Below are positions 29,466 through 43,436 of a DNA stretch of 64,000 nt, piece after piece. The translations under genes and the position numbers were made by a program. Under the pieces are notes generated by a model. That model ran no database searches. It was not told the origin of the DNA and worked only from the letters and a program-made list of their open reading frames with translations. Position 1 is the stretch's first letter; each line of letters opens with the position of its first letter. The DNA comes from Lama glama (taxonomy: Eukaryota): assembly GCA_028534125.1 (NCBI GenBank), contig CM052817.1:96846001-96910000 (forward strand), given 5' to 3'.

Positions 29466-30703
29466 TGAAAATAAAATAATAAACCATTAGTTAAAGTGTA
29501 CATCTTTTCAAGGCGATTATACCAAATAAGTCAAAGCTCATTTGCGTCAGTAATGTGTAGAGCTGAAATGCCTTCAAAGGCATCTAATCCAGTATCCCTC
29601 ATTTTACAGGTGAGGAAAACTGAGGATGAGAGAGATTAAATGACCTATAAGCAAATTTTACTACTTCAGGAATTCAGCGGCAAGTCTGAGACTAGAGTCA
29701 AACCCTTTCATCTCCTTGTTCTATACTCTGTCAAGTACATCCGTTTAAAATTTTAAGAGAGACAGTGAGTGAGGGAGAGAGTGTGTGTGTGTGTGTGTTT
29801 ATTTACATCAGACTTCTATATCCCCATAATTTGTATGTACAAGATTGTTTCAAAGGAAAAAAAAAAAGCAGTGATTTTTACTAGTTAACTCCATAAGAAA
29901 AGATAAGTGTGGTTAACGAAAGAAAATGCACATGAAACCTAAAATCTAATTAACTATACAAGCAAATGCTTTTTTTCCTGGACAATTTGCCTTTTGCTAT
30001 TGCAGTTGGCCTGCATTCCCACCACTGTGCCTGTACTACAAAACAATCCCTGTTCATATACTACAAAATTTTAAATTTATAAACCCGTTTTACTTAAATT
30101 TGGGCCCCCAAATGTTAAATATTGTCATCTTTTCAGATCTGAGCAGCACAACTGAAAGACTCTAAAGCTTAGCCAAATCTGCTTTCAGTAATTAATATTA
30201 GGGTCAAGTTTACCTCCAGCAACCTGAACTGAAGGAGAAATACTTTAGGGAGAGAACTGTACAAAAATAAAGATTCTAAGACCTTAAAGTATCGGGACTT
30301 GTTCCTAAGAAGCACTCAGCTCTCCCAATACACCATCAAGTGCATACTATATGGTTTTTACTGGTGTTTCTTAGATCATAAAGATGAAATTTGATTTTTC
30401 CTTATTTACCCTCACCGTCTTATCTGGTCTTACAGCTCTCTACTGAATTCCCTATTTAACACATAGACAGTTCAATCCCAAAGCAGGCTCTCTTCACACC
30501 TGCAGTGCGGGGGGTTCCTTTAGGGAAAGCAAAATCAGTAATGACATGCACAGAAAGAGAAAAACAGGGAGTCACAGGCCCTAAAAGCAACGCCGAGAAC
30601 AGACGATGCTCCCAACTCATTTGTATAGTCACGCCGTTAAGGAACTAGAAGAATTTACGGGAAGTCTGAGCTCAGACAAACCAAGGGTCGTACTGTGTTT
30701 TAC

Positions 30704-31421
30704 CTGGATATTGCAGCTTTCTCCATTATCTCCTGCTGAATGAGCCCAGACGGCTCGATGACATCCAATATAATTACGCTCCACAACTTGTCTGACTTTG
30801 GCCTTTGCAACACCGCAGACTCGTCTTCCACATGTCTCAACCAAAACTCGAGTGTTTCTCTAGGAAAGTGACTGGCGTCAGATATGAGGTCCAGGGCGGA
30901 GCGGTGCTGCTCCTTCTCCACAGAGCTGTAAGGCCTGACCTGCCCAAGCGTGCCGGCCATCACAGGCAGAACGGAGAAGCCCTCCGACACGTCCAACACA
31001 TAGAAAGGTTCAGGGACGCTCTGCTCTGAGCCACTCTGTCCACTGCCACAGCTCATCCCCTTCCTCTGACACTGAGTGTCCGTGGCCTGGCCCACTTTCT
31101 CCGGAGTCAGTGAAGACAACACTTTCCTCATGGCCATTTTAAAGCCTTCGTGATACGGGGCGTTATTAAGCAAAGCGATTTCTGTGGATTCCAACACACA
31201 CGTCTGCTCCGCAGCATCCGGTTTACTGGTCTGAAGGTTAGCCAGGGCGCTACAGAGTTCAGCCTCGTTTCCTACACAGAGCAAGTCTTCATTCTTGGTG
31301 AAACTTTTCCCAACGTCCATTTCGTGTTCAGAATTGAAGACACTGATACCCTGGATTCTTAAGTAACAATCCTGACAAGACACTTCCATCATCACCTGGT
31401 CCCCAGGCTTTATCCAGTAGT
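30704..31421 (-). CDS. PRMT9: PRMT9 exon 9 ([15 protein letters not shown]...MEKAAIS), linker and start of the second, degenerate methyltransferase domain
   Basis: gaag|AC acceptor, AG|gtaaaa donor; 718 nt; contains degenerate motif [12 protein letters not shown]. Confidence 0.95.
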
Positions 31422-33144
31422 CTTCACAACGCAGGAAAAAAGAAAAAAATTGCAGCTGATGAATATGAGTGTTTATAAGCCTGAGAATAACACAAAGAAC
31501 TCTGTTCCCACCCCCCGTTTTTTAAACCACTACAGGAAAGAGTAATCTATTGATTTAATAGAATTAAGTGAATTAATCTCTTCATTTCCTATTAAAAAAA
31601 AAAACTAGGAAAATCCCTCCAGCTTTACTTAGGGAAAAACTGAAGTTTGAAGATCCAATTAATTTATAGCACAATGGAGAGATTTAAGAGCTCATTACTG
31701 GACCTTTAACTGTCAGGGGCATAGTGCTTTTACTGTAACCACTAGGCATCACCACGTCCCCAAACTGCAAGGCAGGGGGAGGACTACAGGGGACTCCCGG
31801 TCTTTGGTAATGAAGCCAGCAGTAACAAAGACAGCTGCAGTTCAGGGCTCAATACCAAACCTCGCTTTAGCTTAAAGGGACACTCTTTTCTCTAAGAGAA
31901 ATTTCCAAAAGAACAAGGCAGCGTTCAATAGAATCTTATCAGTAGTATTTCTTAACTGTAAGTATTTAGACATTCTTACATGTCGAGACATTTGAAAATA
32001 TAAGGAAGGACTAAGGCCTACATTGAAGACTATATATCATGGTCTTATCCATGAGCTTCCACATGTGGCAAAACTTTGAAGTGCAAATGTGTGATTGCAA
32101 TTCCTTCTTATCAGCCTTAGAGCCAGTTGAAAATGCACGTTATTCTTGTTTACACATTTTAAATGTCTCATCCCTAAGAAGGATTTAAAAAAAAAAAGTA
32201 CCATCTAAATTACCATAAGAGAGTTAGAATAAATGAGCACAGCTTTTAAAATGCTACTTATTGAGTGCTGGTCACTATGGTAGGCACTGTACATCCAGTA
32301 TGTCTAGTAATTCCTGCAACAGTCTCGCAAGGTTAGCCAGCGTCATCCCATTTTTATCCTTCACATAACAGAAGCTCTAAGAAATAACCAGCAAGGCCGG
32401 CCAGGGAGTCAGGAAGTAGCCAAGATCCGAATTCACATCTACCTGACTGACTCCAAAAACCATCCTAGCCACAACACTACACGGATTCCATGACACAGTG
32501 ACCTTGCCAGATCAGATCCTTGACTAGGAGGCCACACAGAAGTAAAAATGTATTGCCTTCCAGTGTGAAGAAAGGGGTGGACTTTGTCTACGGAATACAA
32601 CTGCTCTAACTATACTGATACCCACCAAATTGCTGGTAAAAAAAAAATCTCTACAAAAAAATACCTTTAATAAGGACTTCCCTAGGTTAAGTCCATTGAT
32701 TCATGAACTCTAAAACTGCAAAATGTTGTACTTAATCTGAGTGTGCATATTTCCACGACCTGGGAACCCACAGGTGCCATCGATTCTGTAAGTGGTGAGA
32801 ACTCCTGCACTACAAGTGGTAGCTTCCCACTGTGTTCCATAGAAACTGAACTAGCATTTCTCTTACCTGCTGATGACCAGAGGACTCAGAGCTGAAGAAA
32901 TGATTTAATGATGGGTATTTCTGAATGGCATGCAGCAGAGTTGTGTTTTAGTCTCTCTTAACTATATATCTTAATTATTTAAAGCTACTTTTGAAAAAGA
33001 AAAAGAAAACTCTCAAAGATTTAACCAATCTCCCTTAACTGGAAACTTCATATTCAAATTGAATTTTCTTGACACTGACTCAAATACTGAGAGGATTAAA
33101 ACAACAAGTCCCCCCCACCAGAAAAAAAATCAGACAAGATATAC

Positions 33145-33328
33145 CTGCAAGATCGTGTACGGGGTAGACAGCCTGTTCCCAGCATGTTTCCTCATTAGGA
33201 CTTGTGGATAAACTGTGTTCCTCATCCAGCTGGAGCACAAACCAAACCACAACAGCATCTAGCACGCCTTCTTTAATAGCAGGAGTACTGATTTTATCAG
33301 GTTTCCTAGTTGCAAGACTTTTTAATTC
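33145..33328 (-). CDS. PRMT9: PRMT9 exon 8 ([12 protein letters not shown]...[16 protein letters not shown])
   Basis: cag|GAA acceptor, G|gtatat donor; 184 nt; carries the TCW variant of the PRMT THW loop typical of PRMT9. Confidence 0.95.
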
Positions 33329-33654
33329 CTGACAAAAAATATAAAAGAAATAAGATGACTTTACACATTCATTTTACACAGGCCCCAGTATCATATCACT
33401 CTCCATTTCTGTAAGTTCTCAGTCCTGCCCTGCACCCTTAGGGGATGAATGTCTCAGACACCCATAACCGGGAAGGTCTGATACGTTGTGGTGAACACCC
33501 TGCAGCTATTTAAACACTGAGGCAGATACATTTAACGATGCAGCAGGAAGTCCATGACAGACTGTTCAATGAAGGCAGGCATTGCAAAGCAATAGGGGTT
33601 ATTTTGTCTAAAAAAAAGTGTGCGTGGGGGGGGGGTGCATGTGGTGTGTAGAAG

Positions 33655-33802
33655 AATAGAAAAGCAAGTCTGAAGATATATTTCAGACAAAAAAATATGT
33701 AAATGAATATAGGTATGTATATGCATGACTGGGACATTGCGCTGTACACCAGAAATCAACACATTGTAACTGACAGTACTTCAATTAAAAAAAAAAAAAA
33801 AA
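33655..33802 (+). mobile_element. Short 5'-truncated L1 3' end with poly(A)
   Basis: gcatgactgggacattgcgctgtacaccagaaatcaacacattgtaactgac plus A-tract; near-identical to 43355-43420. Confidence 0.75.
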
Positions 33803-34354
33803 CAATGTATTTCAAACTGGTGACCTCGGGAAAGAAGGTCCTAAATTAGATTTTAAGAAAGTAGAAATATACTTTTTCTTTTTCCTTTCTACTGTCTTAC
33901 TTTGAAGTGTTAAACAGGGAGATATTACTTTTAAAATTAAAGCCTTAATAAGATGGGGTGTGTGTGTGTGTGAAAGAAAAATTAAAATAAGAAAAGCTTA
34001 AAATTAGAGGAGGACAGCTTTGGGGTGTTTGGCAGCTATGACGGAGCTGTTCCCATTGGAATGTTACATCAGCAAAGAAACGCTCCTGAAACTCAGTCCT
34101 AGTGAGCAACGCCCAAGAGTGAATTTAGTTCCAGACCAGCTCAAGAAAAACCTAGTTAACAGTTAATAGAGGAAAGCTTTTATTAGATTATGAAGATCCT
34201 AGGCTAAAATGACCCTCACAAAGTCTTCTGCCCCGAGGCAGGTTTCATCTAAAAACCCTGTGTACTTGAACAGTTAGCACAGAGGGGAAGGACTCTCTGT
34301 AACCTGTCTCGGGCACTTTCTTTGTACAGGACATCCTCCTCCCACCACCCACCA

Positions 34355-34410
34355 ACACACGCACACGCACACAGACACACACACACACACACACACACCC
34401 ACACACACAC
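34355..34410. repeat. Imperfect (CA)n microsatellite
   Basis: Read directly. Confidence 0.9.
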
Positions 34411-34518
34411 GGTTATCAACTTGTCCTGATTTGCCCAAGACTGTCTCACTCTTAAAACTAAAAGTCCTTTGTCTAGGGAACCTCTCAGTTCCAGGCAGAC
34501 CAGGATGGCTGGTCACCA
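34411..34518. mobile_element. hAT-Blackjack MITE (MER81/MER94-like)
   Basis: Imperfect TIRs ggttatcaacttgtcctg ... caggatggctggtcacc. Confidence 0.5.
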
Positions 34519-34985
34519 TACTACACAAACCATCTAGAGATCTGATTACTGTTCATTTCAAGGAATACTGTTAATCTGAAATGGAAGTATGACACAGAGA
34601 AAAGTTGGAAGGTCTAGGCTATAACTCCTACCCCCGCATTCACAGCTGGGGGTTATTAAATATGTAAACATTTCCTTCATCCGTAGAGCACAAGGATAAT
34701 TATAACTATATTGCAAAACTGTTGTAAGAGTGACCTAAGGACACATGTGAATGTACCAGGCACACTAGACATTCCTAAAAAGCTGCAAGGATTTTTTTTT
34801 CTCTGTATTAAAGTAAGTAAATAATTTCAGGAGGGAATTCCGATTACCGTTTAATCATTTTCTTTATGTAGTTAGTGGAACCCCCATGCAAACTCATAAA
34901 ATAAGACTTCTGTGTATTAATTATCTTAAACAAATACATGAAATTTAATGCTCAAAAATAGTAACTTAGCCTTTTTTTTTTTTAC

Positions 34986-35178
34986 CTGAAGATTGTTGAA
35001 ATCTACTGTCATAATTTCAAAGCACTCTGTCAAAGCTAAATATCCCCCAGGAACTCGACTCATCTTTTCGGTTGTATATGGTTCAATTGTTTCTTCGGCA
35101 TCTACAGAAGAACAAGCTGGACTCTGAAATTTCACATTTGTTGGCAAACAGATCCCAGCAACATCCTTAACACACACC
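34986..35178 (-). CDS. PRMT9: PRMT9 exon 7 ([12 protein letters not shown]...VDFNNLQ)
   Basis: ccag|G acceptor, CAG|gtaaaa donor; 193 nt. Confidence 0.95.
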
Positions 35179-35382
35179 CTGGTGAGAGAGTAAAGGGAGG
35201 AAGATGGGTTGGTTTGGTTTTTTTTTTAGAATTAAGTAACACCATCTAATACTGAACCAGCAAAAATAAACATAAAAATGAAATAAAACTTCATAGGTAA
35301 AAGTTTCTTAAACATAATTACATACACAATGGCTAACTATAAAGGAAAATAAGTGATAAATAGGTTAAATTAAGAACTCTAT

Positions 35383-35509
35383 GGGAGAGGGTATAGCTCA
35401 GTGGTGAAGTATGTGCCTAGCATACATGAGGTCCTGGGTTCAATCCCCAGCATCTCCATTAAAAATAAATAAGCCTAATTCCCTCCCCCATCCCATTAAA
35501 AAAAAAAAG
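35383..35509 (+). mobile_element. tRNA-Ala-derived SINE (vic-1-like) inserted in an old L1
   Basis: GGGAGAGGGTATAGCTCAGTGGTGAAGTATGTGCCTAGCATACATGAGGTCCTGGGTTCAATCCCCAGCATCTCC, poly(A), degenerate TSD aaattaa-a-ctct. Confidence 0.85.
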
Positions 35510-36440
35510 TAAAATTAAAAGCTCTGCTCATCAAAAGATCCCCAGTAAGAAAGTAAAAAAGCAAGCCACTGAGTAGAAGAGATTTGTAATACATCTACTC
35601 AATAAAGGTCAAACATCCAAAATACATTTTTTAATTTCCATAGTAAAAGAAACACAAAAATGGGCAAAAGATTTAAACAGACACTTCACAAAAGAACATA
35701 TGCAAATGCCAATAAGCATGTGGAAGGTCACCAGGGTAAATGAAGTTAAAGCCATTCCACACAACCACCAGAATGGGGGAAGGAAGTGTTGGTGAGAATA
35801 CGTCTCAGGCACCACCGGCGGGAGCGTGTAATTAACAAGACCACTCGGGAAGGCTCTCCTAGTTCCTATTTAGGCTGAACACGCCTATTCCAGACTCACT
35901 CTCAATATGGGAACCTCAAGGTGTCTGGCATTTGCACTTTTGCAAACATGCCAACAAATTTAAACACACGACCATGAAATAAGTGTTCAACAATGTTTAT
36001 AGCTGTACTATTTCCAATACCCCCAAAATTGCATATAATCTGAATGCCCATCAACAGCAAATTGCATGAATATATTGTGGTGTATTCATACAATGAGGCT
36101 TAATATACAGCAATGAGAATGAACTACACACAAGAACAAGGATTACTGGACAAAAGAAGGCAAGCGTAAGAAAATTCATACCGTGTGATTCCATTTGTAC
36201 AAAATTCAAATGGGCAAAATTATCCATGGTGTTAGAAGTCAGGGGAGTGACTATTCTGGGGACCACGGGGCACTGGTAACTCGAAGGGGTTTCTTCCTGG
36301 GGACTTTCTGGGGTGGTGGTAATATTCTGGACACTGAACTGAGCACTGGTTACACAGGTGAATGAACTTCATGAAAATTCATCAAACCATAAATCTATGG
36401 TTTGTGTACTTGCTATGATGTTTGATGTCAAAAAAAATTT
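35510..36440 (+). mobile_element. Old L1 (L1ME/MD-type) 3' region
   Basis: aaatgggcaaaagatttaaacagacacttcacaaaagaa; gtgattccatttgtacaaaattcaaa. Confidence 0.65.
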
Positions 36441-36686
36441 ACAGTGAAGAAAACATTTCAAGAGCATTCTAGCAACACCATTTTGTAAAAGGAAATACTC
36501 CAACCTCATCTCATTCACAGGCATTCATTTATCAGTAATCAGCTTTTAAAGGGTTTCAGAAGTTCAAATAGTCTACTCCTAGAAATTATTTTATCATACT
36601 CTAAAAAGACAAATTATCAAATGGAACTATTAATTATTTTAATAGTAACAAAATTAGAAGTCACAAGGTATAGAAACAAAAAGAAT

Positions 36687-37265
36687 GTGATGTTGAGCAT
36701 CTTTTCATGTGCCTGCTGGCCATCTGCATTTCCTCTTTGGAAAAATGTCTATTCAGTTCTTCTGCCCATTTTTTAATTGGGTTGTATTTTTTTAATACTT
36801 TTATTGTGATATGATTCCTAGGTTTTTTTGGGGGGTGGTTTTTATCGTTTGTTTTTTGATATTGAGTTGTATAAGCTGTTTAAATATGTTGAATATTAAC
36901 CCCTTATAAGTCAAATCATTTGCAATTTTTTTCCCTATTTGGTACATTATCTTTGTTTTGTCGATGGTTTCCTTTGCTGTGCAAAAGTTTTTATGTTTAG
37001 TTAGGGCCCATGTGTTTATTTTTTATTTTTTAATTCCTTTGCTTTAGGAGACAGATCCAAAAAAATACTGCTGCAATTTATGTCAAAGAGTGTTCTGCCT
37101 CTGTTTTCCTCTAGGAGTTTTATAGTGTCCAGTTTTACATTCAGGTCTTTGGTCCATTCTGAGTTGATTTTTGTACATGGTGTTAGAGAATGTCCTAATT
37201 TCATTCTTTTACATATAGCTATCCAGTTTTCCCCGCACTACTTATTGAAGAGGCTGTCTTTTCTC
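36687..37265 (-). mobile_element. L1 ORF2 fragment
   Basis: Translates to MKLGHSLTPCTKINSEWTKDLNVKLDTIKLLEENRGRTLFDI, an L1 ORF2 motif. Confidence 0.85.
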
Positions 37266-38347
37266 CTTTTCTCTGTTATATATTCTTACCCCTGTTCTTA
37301 AAAGTAGAAAAGTAGAAGCAACCTAAAAACTCTAAACTCTGGGAACTACATGCAACACTAGGAAACTGATTTTTAAAAATCCACGAATCAAATCTATTAA
37401 CATGAAGAGGCTTACAAAGAAAAAGCTAATACATTTACTGATCCTTCTGAAACAAAATTAAATTTATCCATACACACACTGATACTTACACAGAGCTGAC
37501 AACCAACCAGTCCACTCTCATTCAGCCAGTCTGCTGACAGAGGACGCTGTCTGTCTGGTTGGTGCCTGTCCCTACAATCACTAAATATTGTCCCTCATCA
37601 CCCTGGCACATGCACAGCAAAGTGTAAGGAAGAATATACAACGAAGATGAGCAGTAGTTATCTACTAGTGAGTATGTCACGATGACTTTTATTTTCTTCT
37701 TTTACTCATCAGTATTTCCTAAAGTATTTATGTGTTACATTTTAAAGTAAGTCCTAACAAAATATGGATCAATATTTTAATAAAATTTAAAAAAATCATT
37801 AATGTTCAAGAAAAAAATGTAACCAAGAAGCTTCTATAACTAAAAAAAAACTTGTCACCTGTATCACATTTTTTTCACCTGTATCACATTTGATCAATCT
37901 CAAACTCTCAAGGGTATAAAGATCCTAAAATTTCACCCCACCCAACCACAAAATATTATGTCAATGGTATTAAGAAGAGAAAATGGGAGAAATAAATTAA
38001 AACTAAAATTATTTTCACATTGGAAATTTTCATTTCACTTTCATCTAAAATCAGTCTGAATGTATTATTTGTCCCATGACTCTATCACATATCAAAAGGA
38101 TATTAAGTTGTATCAGAATTAATTTTCCACTAGAAAACTGAAGGCTGATTTTAATCCTAGAGTTCTATTTTTGAAGAAAGTTTTAAAAAAGCAAAAAGAA
38201 AATTAAGACTGAAATAAACATCATGAATTTAAAGGTCAAAAAACTACTAATGCTCATCCAAATAAATGTCCATTAAATAACCTTTGAACTACAGTCTACA
38301 CCTTAAAATGACTAGGTTTTACCATTTACTCTTTAAATAATCACTCA

Positions 38348-38455
<108 letters not shown>

Positions 38456-39347
38456 CTAAAAACATAACAATAAAAATTATATTGTTACATTTATGTCAAA
38501 ATATGTGTGTATGATGGCAAGCTATGAAAATTTATGAGAAAAAACTTCAAAAACAACAGTTAAGGATACGCAGGTCAAGTTTTTTTTTTTCTTTAAAAAG
38601 TTTCTTTCATTTTCATTGCTATATATAAACATACATATTTTTTAACAGTACAAATAGGAAGGGAGGGAGGGAGGTGGGGAGCTAGAATTCTCTAAGCCTG
38701 CCTACAACCAGACTACTGGGTCCGACTTTTACTGAGAAGCCAAAATCACCATTACCTGCTTGAAAAATGAACTGCTCTTCCAACCTTTCATTAGCTACTT
38801 TAAATCCAAATCATTTTCTGTAAGTAGTGAATTCTTACTGCAAGTTAAAATCCTTCCATTCATAATACATATTATATAATTCAAATCTACAACTGATGGG
38901 CCACAGCAGAGGATTTCAATGCAAAATATAACTTGGCAATTACACAAGTCAGTCTTGTCCCTTCAGCAGCCTGGGTCCAAGTGGTACCTTAAACCTACAG
39001 CATGCCAGTTAGCACTACATTCCCTTTTGATAATTTGCCAGAAATACAAGCAATGAAGGCTGTGAGATTGAAAGCACTTCCCCTTCTCAACCCTACTCAA
39101 GAATTCCAGAGTCAACCCCTTCATAATGTAACCTCAGTTCCCACAAATCCCTTCCTGGAGTATTTTTCTGCCTCTGAATCCCATCTGGGCACACAAGTAC
39201 ACATTGCGTTATGTTACTACATTTTTTTTTTTGCACAGATTTCTTTCCAACTACAGAGCATGCACTGCAACAGTGGGATGTTATCTCATACTGCCCTGCA
39301 ACTATGCTCAGGGCTCAAAAAATGATCTACTGAATACTGAATTCTTA

Positions 39348-39524
<177 letters not shown>

Positions 39525-40541
39525 CTATTTGTATAAAAGATGTCAAAGCTGAGAGAAGAAAGGAAGAGTATGTTATAGAAACAGTCCATTTTCTAATACA
39601 TTTTATTTCATTTTTAATATCTACTCTTGAAACTTGAGGAATTCTAATGTTCCCGAGGCTCCTCTCTTCTCCACTGGCAACTTCTTGGTGGGGACAGAAG
39701 GCGGTGCACAACCTTCACCTGACCCGCTGCCTCCTCAGATGTTCTTTCATTGCCAAAATCCTTCAGAGTGGGTCACACCCATTACCTTTACCAGCCCCCC
39801 TCCTTAATCCTGAGTGATTGGACTTCTACCCTCAAGGTCCTATAAAAATACTCTCTACCAGCAAAGACACTCCTGTTTATCAAAATGAGTAATCTTTCTC
39901 AGTTCTAATTTTCCTTGATCTACAAATAACATTCAGTGCAGGGGAGAAGGCCTGCTCTTCACAATCCTTCCCCTCCCTTCACCGTCCGTGTTTACCTCTC
40001 ACACAGGGACTGTCCTTCTCCTGTTACTTCTCTTGCTTTACCCACACCTGTGAGTATTTACGAATGCCTAAGCCACAGAGCTCTGATCTTCTGTCCACTC
40101 TTTCTTTCTGGAAAATTTACTCAAAGACACACCAAAAAACTCTCCCTTCTCTGAACTTCCTTAGTCCTTCTGCCAGTACCATCCATTTGTGTAGTTAGAA
40201 GATAAGGAAAAGTTTCATGAATATTCCTTATTCTCCTATCTAGATTGTAGGTGCCCTGAGGACAGAGACAATTTTGGTATCCCCCACAGGGCCAACAACC
40301 AGTATTTTATACACACACACACACACACAAAACTGTTAGTATTTATGATGGCATACATTTAGAACATGGAAGGTATCTCAAATCATCTAGTCCAACATCT
40401 GGAAGTCTCTAGATTTGCGTAAGATCAAAATAAATTAATAAGAGTCTATATTGTAATCGGTATCTTCTATTCAAAGTCAACAGCTCCTTCTACAATACCA
40501 ACTGTGAGAAAAATGTGGATCAAGTTAAGGTAACTGATTCA

Positions 40542-40921
40542 TGCTATGGGCTGACTTTTGTACTACCAAAATCCACGCTGAAGCACGAATTCCCAGTGTG
40601 ACGATACTGGAGATAAGGTCTTCACGAGGTAACTGAGGTTAAATGAGGTTCTAAGGGTGAAGTCCTAATCTGATAGGTCTTGCAACCTTATGAAAGTGGA
40701 GGAGACAGCAGTGAGCTCTCTCTCACCCCACAGGCACAGAGGAAGGGCCATGTAAGGACACAATAGGAAGGCCATCTGAAAGCTAGGAAGAGAGCTCCAC
40801 CAGAAACCAAACTCTCCAGCGCCCAAGATCATGGGCTTCTAGCCTGCAGAGCTGTGAGAAAATCAATGTCTGTGGTTTAACCGTGGTATTCTGTCAATGG
40901 CAGCCTGAGCAGACTAAGACA
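40542..40921 (+). mobile_element. MaLR solo LTR (MLT1A/B-like)
   Basis: Begins TGCTATGGGCTGA, ends GCAGCCTGAGCAGACTAAGACA; internal gaggttaaatgaggt. Confidence 0.75.
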
Positions 40922-41765
40922 AGTGAGGACACTGTTTATTTCTGTAAAATGGGTGTAACAGTTGCCTCAACAATCTAACAGGACTTCTTTCACAAGAACA
41001 AATGCTGAGACCATTGAAAAGCATAACTGTTAAGTAAATAAATATAAATACTATCATACACATATGGAAGAAGACTTATCACGACAGAGCATAAAAAAGC
41101 CCTGTTTCGATGTAAAGTGAACTTTCGAACGTTGAGAAGACAGACTACCCAGGAGAGGGATACAGCAAGTGCTACCCAGAGAAAACTCTGTATCTAAAAT
41201 GGCAGTTGTTGGACTAGATGATTTTCAAACCCCTTCTAGCTCGAAAATTCCATCTTCTTGTGACACAGATCAAAGTGAAATAACATCCCAAAAGGCTAAG
41301 ACTTAGGAAATAATATTCAAAGCATTTGAAGGGCCCAAGCCAACATACAGCTGATACTTCCTAAGCTTCCATTTTAGCCAAGGATATTAACACCGAATGT
41401 GATAATTCATTCAAGCCTAACCTACTCACGCATTATTTTTAAGCACAATTTTTAAATACTTATTGACCACACAGGAGGTACTATCCATTTTTACAGCTAG
41501 AACACTAAAATCAACAAAGGTAAAGTAACTTGCTAAAGGTGAAATTTATTTATTAAATGTCTTGCCACGAATTTTTCTCAAGATCCTTAAATAATTTTTA
41601 TCAAGAATATGACCTTATTATGAAAACCTGTCTTATGCTGAACTACCCTATTATCCGTATCTTTACAACAGAACGGTTTCAGCATTTTGGTTTGGGCTAG
41701 AAGCTAGAAATGTGAATATCTTAATTTTTAAAAAATACAATAGTAGATTATAAACACCAAAATTA

Positions 41766-41972
<207 letters not shown>

Positions 41973-42462
41973 TCAAGAAAAAAAAATGAACTGTATTTTT
42001 CCAAATTTTAGTGGAATTACAATGCTTAAACATGGGGCTTTCCTTTTATTCTTTAATACAAACATTATTCATTCTGCATTTTTAAAAAATGAACTAACAT
42101 TCTTGTCAAGAGATAAATCACACAAAAAATCATGACATCCACCTTATTAAGACACAGTTGGCATGCAGAATGCTAATAAACTTTAAATAACTAGATTCAA
42201 CCAGAACGTTAATGTAAAAAAGTATTCTTAAAACTCATTATTCAAAATTTCAACGTTAACCCCAAGTTTTTCTCGGTGGTTATGTCAAGTTCATGATAAA
42301 ATAAAAGCTACAGTGAAAATAATAGTTAATAATAATAATTGCATGAATAATCATAACAAGATTATAAGAAATAAATTAAACTCTATTTTTAAATTCCACT
42401 GCTAAATTTTCCATATTTGGTAAAATCTTTAATTTACATAAGCACACATGTATATGTAATTA

Positions 42463-42747
<285 letters not shown>

Positions 42748-43250
42748 TCAACCATATGCTATCAGTTACAGTGCCTCTGCTCATGTCACTCATCTGGCCT
42801 GAGAACCCTCCCCAGCACCCCAAATCCTACTCAACCCAGTGCCGTCTCCTTGGGAAGCCTTCTGTGAGGACGGCCATCCTCCATCACTTCTTTCCTTTCT
42901 GAATCCGTTATGTTTATGCATCCCAGGACATTCACAAGTACCTGACTATGAATTACGACTGTACTGTGGTGTGGCAGAAGCTCTCCAATCAGCTTCCATT
43001 TAAACAGTTTTCCAGAACAGAGGTTTCTAAAAACCATTCCCTCTGTAAAAGGTACTAACGCCTGTGGCTGGCAGGTGCCTCTCTGGTGTGTCACGCACCT
43101 TTCTCTCCACAGCCGAGCTGTGTGGTCATCGATGGTCCCTTGTAGTTGCTGCCAGACTGGTTTACACCAGCTGTACTTTTTTTTTCTGTTATAATTTAAT
43201 TAAATATAACAGAAATCAAATAAATATGACTAAAAAGAGAGCCACTGTTT

Positions 43251-43436
43251 GATAAAAAAACAAGTTTCTTCTGTATAGCACAGGGAACTATATTCAATAT
43301 CTTATAATAACCTTTAATAAAAAAGAACATGAAAACAAATATATGTACATATACGCATGACTGGGACACTGTGCTGTACACCAGAAATCGACACATTGTA
43401 ACTGACTGTACTTCGATTAAAAAAATAAAATAATAT
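43251..43436 (+). mobile_element. Young 5'-truncated L1 3' end with target-site duplication
   Basis: ctgtatagcacagggaactatattcaatatctt...; A-rich tail; gagagccactgt is repeated on both flanks. Confidence 0.85.

Noticed and set aside
30967..30999. Degenerate SAM motif [11 protein letters not shown] as evidence of PRMT9 pseudogenisation
   Set aside because: The second PRMT9 domain is known to be degenerate; the first-domain motifs and the whole frame are intact.
31776..31800. ZNF143-like motif (ggactaca...ctccc)
   Set aside because: Spacing does not match ACTACAnnTCCCA and there is no promoter context.
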